Shown here in pieces: positions 17,714 through 19,329 of a stretch of DNA of 19,329 bases. Origin of the DNA: Armatimonadota bacterium (GTDB lineage Bacteria; Sysuimicrobiota; Sysuimicrobiia; Sysuimicrobiales; Humicultoraceae); NCBI GenBank assembly GCA_052386995.1, contig JBQTJP010000236.1, positions 1-19,329 of the forward strand, written 5' to 3'. The translations under genes were made by a program, and so were the position numbers. The number at the start of each line of letters is the position of its first letter. Position 1 is the first letter of the stretch. Below the pieces are notes generated by a model that had not been told where the DNA came from, made no database searches, and saw nothing but the letters and a program-made list of their open reading frames with translations.

Positions 17714-18354
17714 GAAGGCCGGGTGAGCTTCAATCCCACCAGGAAAGGATTTGTGCGGCGCTCGCGGTCGACCGTTGTCGCCGGGCCGTGGCCGTTGTAC
17801 AGCACCGTCTCATCGGGAAGCACCAGCAGGTGCGTGGCGATCGAGCGGATCAGCGTCTCGTAGTCACCACCGGGAAGATCGGTGCGCCCTATGCTCCCCT
17901 GGAAGATCACGTCCCCCACAAACGCGAGGCCGTCGCCCAGCAGACACATGTGCCCGGGGCTGTGCCCCGGCGTGTGGACGACGCGGAACGTTCCTCCTCC
18001 CAGGCTCAGCATTTCATCCTCGCGCAGCAGACGGTCGGGAGCCGGCGGCGCAGGGATCGTGATGCCGAAGGGCGCCGCCCGGTCGGCCGTCACCTGCAGC
18101 ACTGGGAGCTCCTTCTCGAAGAGGAAAAAGGGGGCGCCGGTTGCGTCGACCAGCGGGCGGACGGCCCCGACGTGATCGAAGTGCGCGTGCGTGGCGACGA
18201 TGAGCTCGAGATTGAGGCTCAATCGCGCGAGCACCGCGAGCAGCCGCTGCGGCTCGTCGCCCGGATCCACGATCGCGGCGCGGCGGGTTGTCGGATCCCC
18301 GACGATGTAGGCGTTGGTCCCGATGGGACCAAGCTGCAGCGTCTCGATGATCAC
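17710..18354 (-). CDS. MBL-fold metallo-hydrolase (glyoxalase II-like, YcbL/GloC type)
   Basis: THAHFDH, HTPGHSPGH, GDVIFQGSIGRTD, GHGPATT and ERRTNPFL. The likely start is GTG 18354 after GAAGGAG; GTGA overlap with the hydrolase. Confidence 0.94.
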   Translation of the reverse strand: MIIETLQLGPIGTNAYIVGDPTTRRAAIVDPGDEPQRLLAVLARLSLNLELIVATHAHFDHVGAVRPLVDATGAPFFLFEKELPVLQVTADRAAPFGITIPAPPAPDRLLREDEMLSLGGGTFRVVHTPGHSPGHMCLLGDGLAFVGDVIFQGSIGRTDLPGGDYETLIRSIATHLLVLPDETVLYNGHGPATTVDRERRTNPFLVGLKLTRPS

Positions 18355-18403
18355 GCCCTTCGCTCCTTCGAATACCAAGGGAACGGCATCCCTCAGGACT
18401 AGT

Positions 18404-18670
18404 TCAGCGCGCCGGATGCGGAAACCCGCTCAGGTAACGGTGCGCGGACGCGAGGCGCTCCGCGAGGCGAGTTTCCCATCCTGGGGTGTCGATATCCGAT
18501 GCCGGCATGAACAGCAGCGCGTGGGCGTCCCCGAGCAGCAGGTTGTACTCGACGCCCGGGAGTGGCCCGTCGACCCAATGAATGGAGCCACGATCCACGA
18601 TCAGTGCCGGTGCGATCCTCCGCGAGGCCTCGCGGAGGCGCGTGTAGGCTTCATGCTCGGTCAAGGCCAT
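18404..18670 (-). CDS. Hypothetical protein, 88 aa
   Basis: From ATG 18670: MALTEHEAYTRLREASRRIAPALIVDRGSIHWVDGPLPGVEYNLLLG... It has protein-like composition, fills the gap co-directionally with the operon, and has TACAAT 9 nt upstream. Confidence 0.65.
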   Translation of the reverse strand: MALTEHEAYTRLREASRRIAPALIVDRGSIHWVDGPLPGVEYNLLLGDAHALLFMPASDIDTPGWETRLAERLASAHRYLSGFPHPAR

Positions 18671-18770
18671 GCGTCCATCATTGTAGCGTATCGTCGGCGG
18701 CACGGGACGGCACCTGAACGAAGGTGGCGCACCGGAGGCGGAACGGCATCCCATGCCGAAAGGATCTTCC

Positions 18771-19329
18771 ATGGACTGGGCGCAGCAATGGACGCTGGCA
18801 TTCCCGTACGCCGAATTCTTGAACAGGCATGGAGAGCCGCGGCACCGCGAGCGGTGGCAGGGGATCTACGATCAGATCGCGCTGACGGAGGCGCAGCGCG
18901 CGCTGCTGGCCGGCTTTACACGCCGCATGCACCTGCTTTGTGTCGCGGGCGCCTGGTGCGGCGACTGCGTGCTCCAGGGTCCAATCCTCGAGCGGATTGG
19001 GCAAGCGTCCCCGGTCGTTGAGGTGCGGTTCATGGATCGCGATGCGCACCCCGACGTCCAGGATGCCGTCGTCATGAACGCCGGCCGGCGCGTGCCGGTC
19101 GTGATCTTCCTCAGCGAGGATTTTCAGGAGTGCGGCCGTTATGGCGAGCGGACCATCTCGATGTACCGGAAGATGGCGGCCGACCGCCTGGCCCCGCCGT
19201 CTCCTGCCGGCGTCGCGCCTCCCGGTGACAACTACCACGAGGCCGTGACCGCCGATTGGATGAGCGAGGTCGAACGTGTGCAGCTGCTGCTGCGCCTGTC
19301 GCCTCGTCTGCGGAAGCAGCACGGCGACT
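18771..19329 (+). CDS. Thioredoxin-family protein (WCGDC), stop codon cut by the window edge
   Basis: Not in the ORF track; translated by hand: MDWAQQW...MHLLCVAGAWCGDCVLQGPILERI...VRFMDRD...RRVPVVIFLSEDF..CGRYGERT...LRLSPRLRKQHGD. There are 186 codons and then a single T. SD-like GAAAGGA upstream; an alternative in-frame ATG lies at 18753. Confidence 0.9.
   Translation, partial: MDWAQQWTLAFPYAEFLNRHGEPRHRERWQGIYDQIALTEAQRALLAGFTRRMHLLCVAGAWCGDCVLQGPILERIGQASPVVEVRFMDRDAHPDVQDAVVMNAGRRVPVVIFLSEDFQECGRYGERTISMYRKMAADRLAPPSPAGVAPPGDNYHEAVTADWMSEVERVQLLLRLSPRLRKQHGD

Noticed and set aside
17710..18354. MBL protein as a beta-lactamase or anti-Pycsar/CBASS-type nuclease partnering the cyclase
   Set aside because: Its motifs (GSIGRTD, GHGPxTT, ExxxNPF) match the ubiquitous glyoxalase II-like family, and it lies in a separate operon.
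18314..19322. Track ORFs 18314..19021 (+) and 18678..19322 (-)
   Set aside because: They are off-frame or antisense to the thioredoxin-like gene starting at 18771.

Overview
This is GC-rich bacterial chromosomal DNA with four parts. (1) Left end, 1-1503: a partial secreted metallophosphoesterase on the minus strand (missed by the ORF track), a sigma70-type promoter driving a c-di-GMP-I (GEMM) riboswitch whose downstream gene looks like a frameshifted lipoprotein remnant, and a divergent lipoprotein-like gene. (2) A housekeeping block on the plus strand: mfd, prsA-like PPIase, mazG, S4/YabO-like protein, eno, divIC/ftsB and an S1 RNA-binding protein. (3) An accessory gene encoding a class III nucleotidyl cyclase-STAND ATPase-TPR protein with non-canonical cyclase residues, next to a divergent small ABM-like gene. 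(4) A minus-strand cluster (hypothetical, MBL hydrolase, alpha/beta hydrolase, heterodimeric ABC exporter, hypothetical), divergent from a thioredoxin-like gene cut at the right edge. I found no tRNA, rRNA, CRISPR array, transposase or integrase. The strongest signals not in the ORF track are the riboswitch unit and the cyclase-STAND-TPR fusion. All calls were made by eye from motifs, with no database searches.
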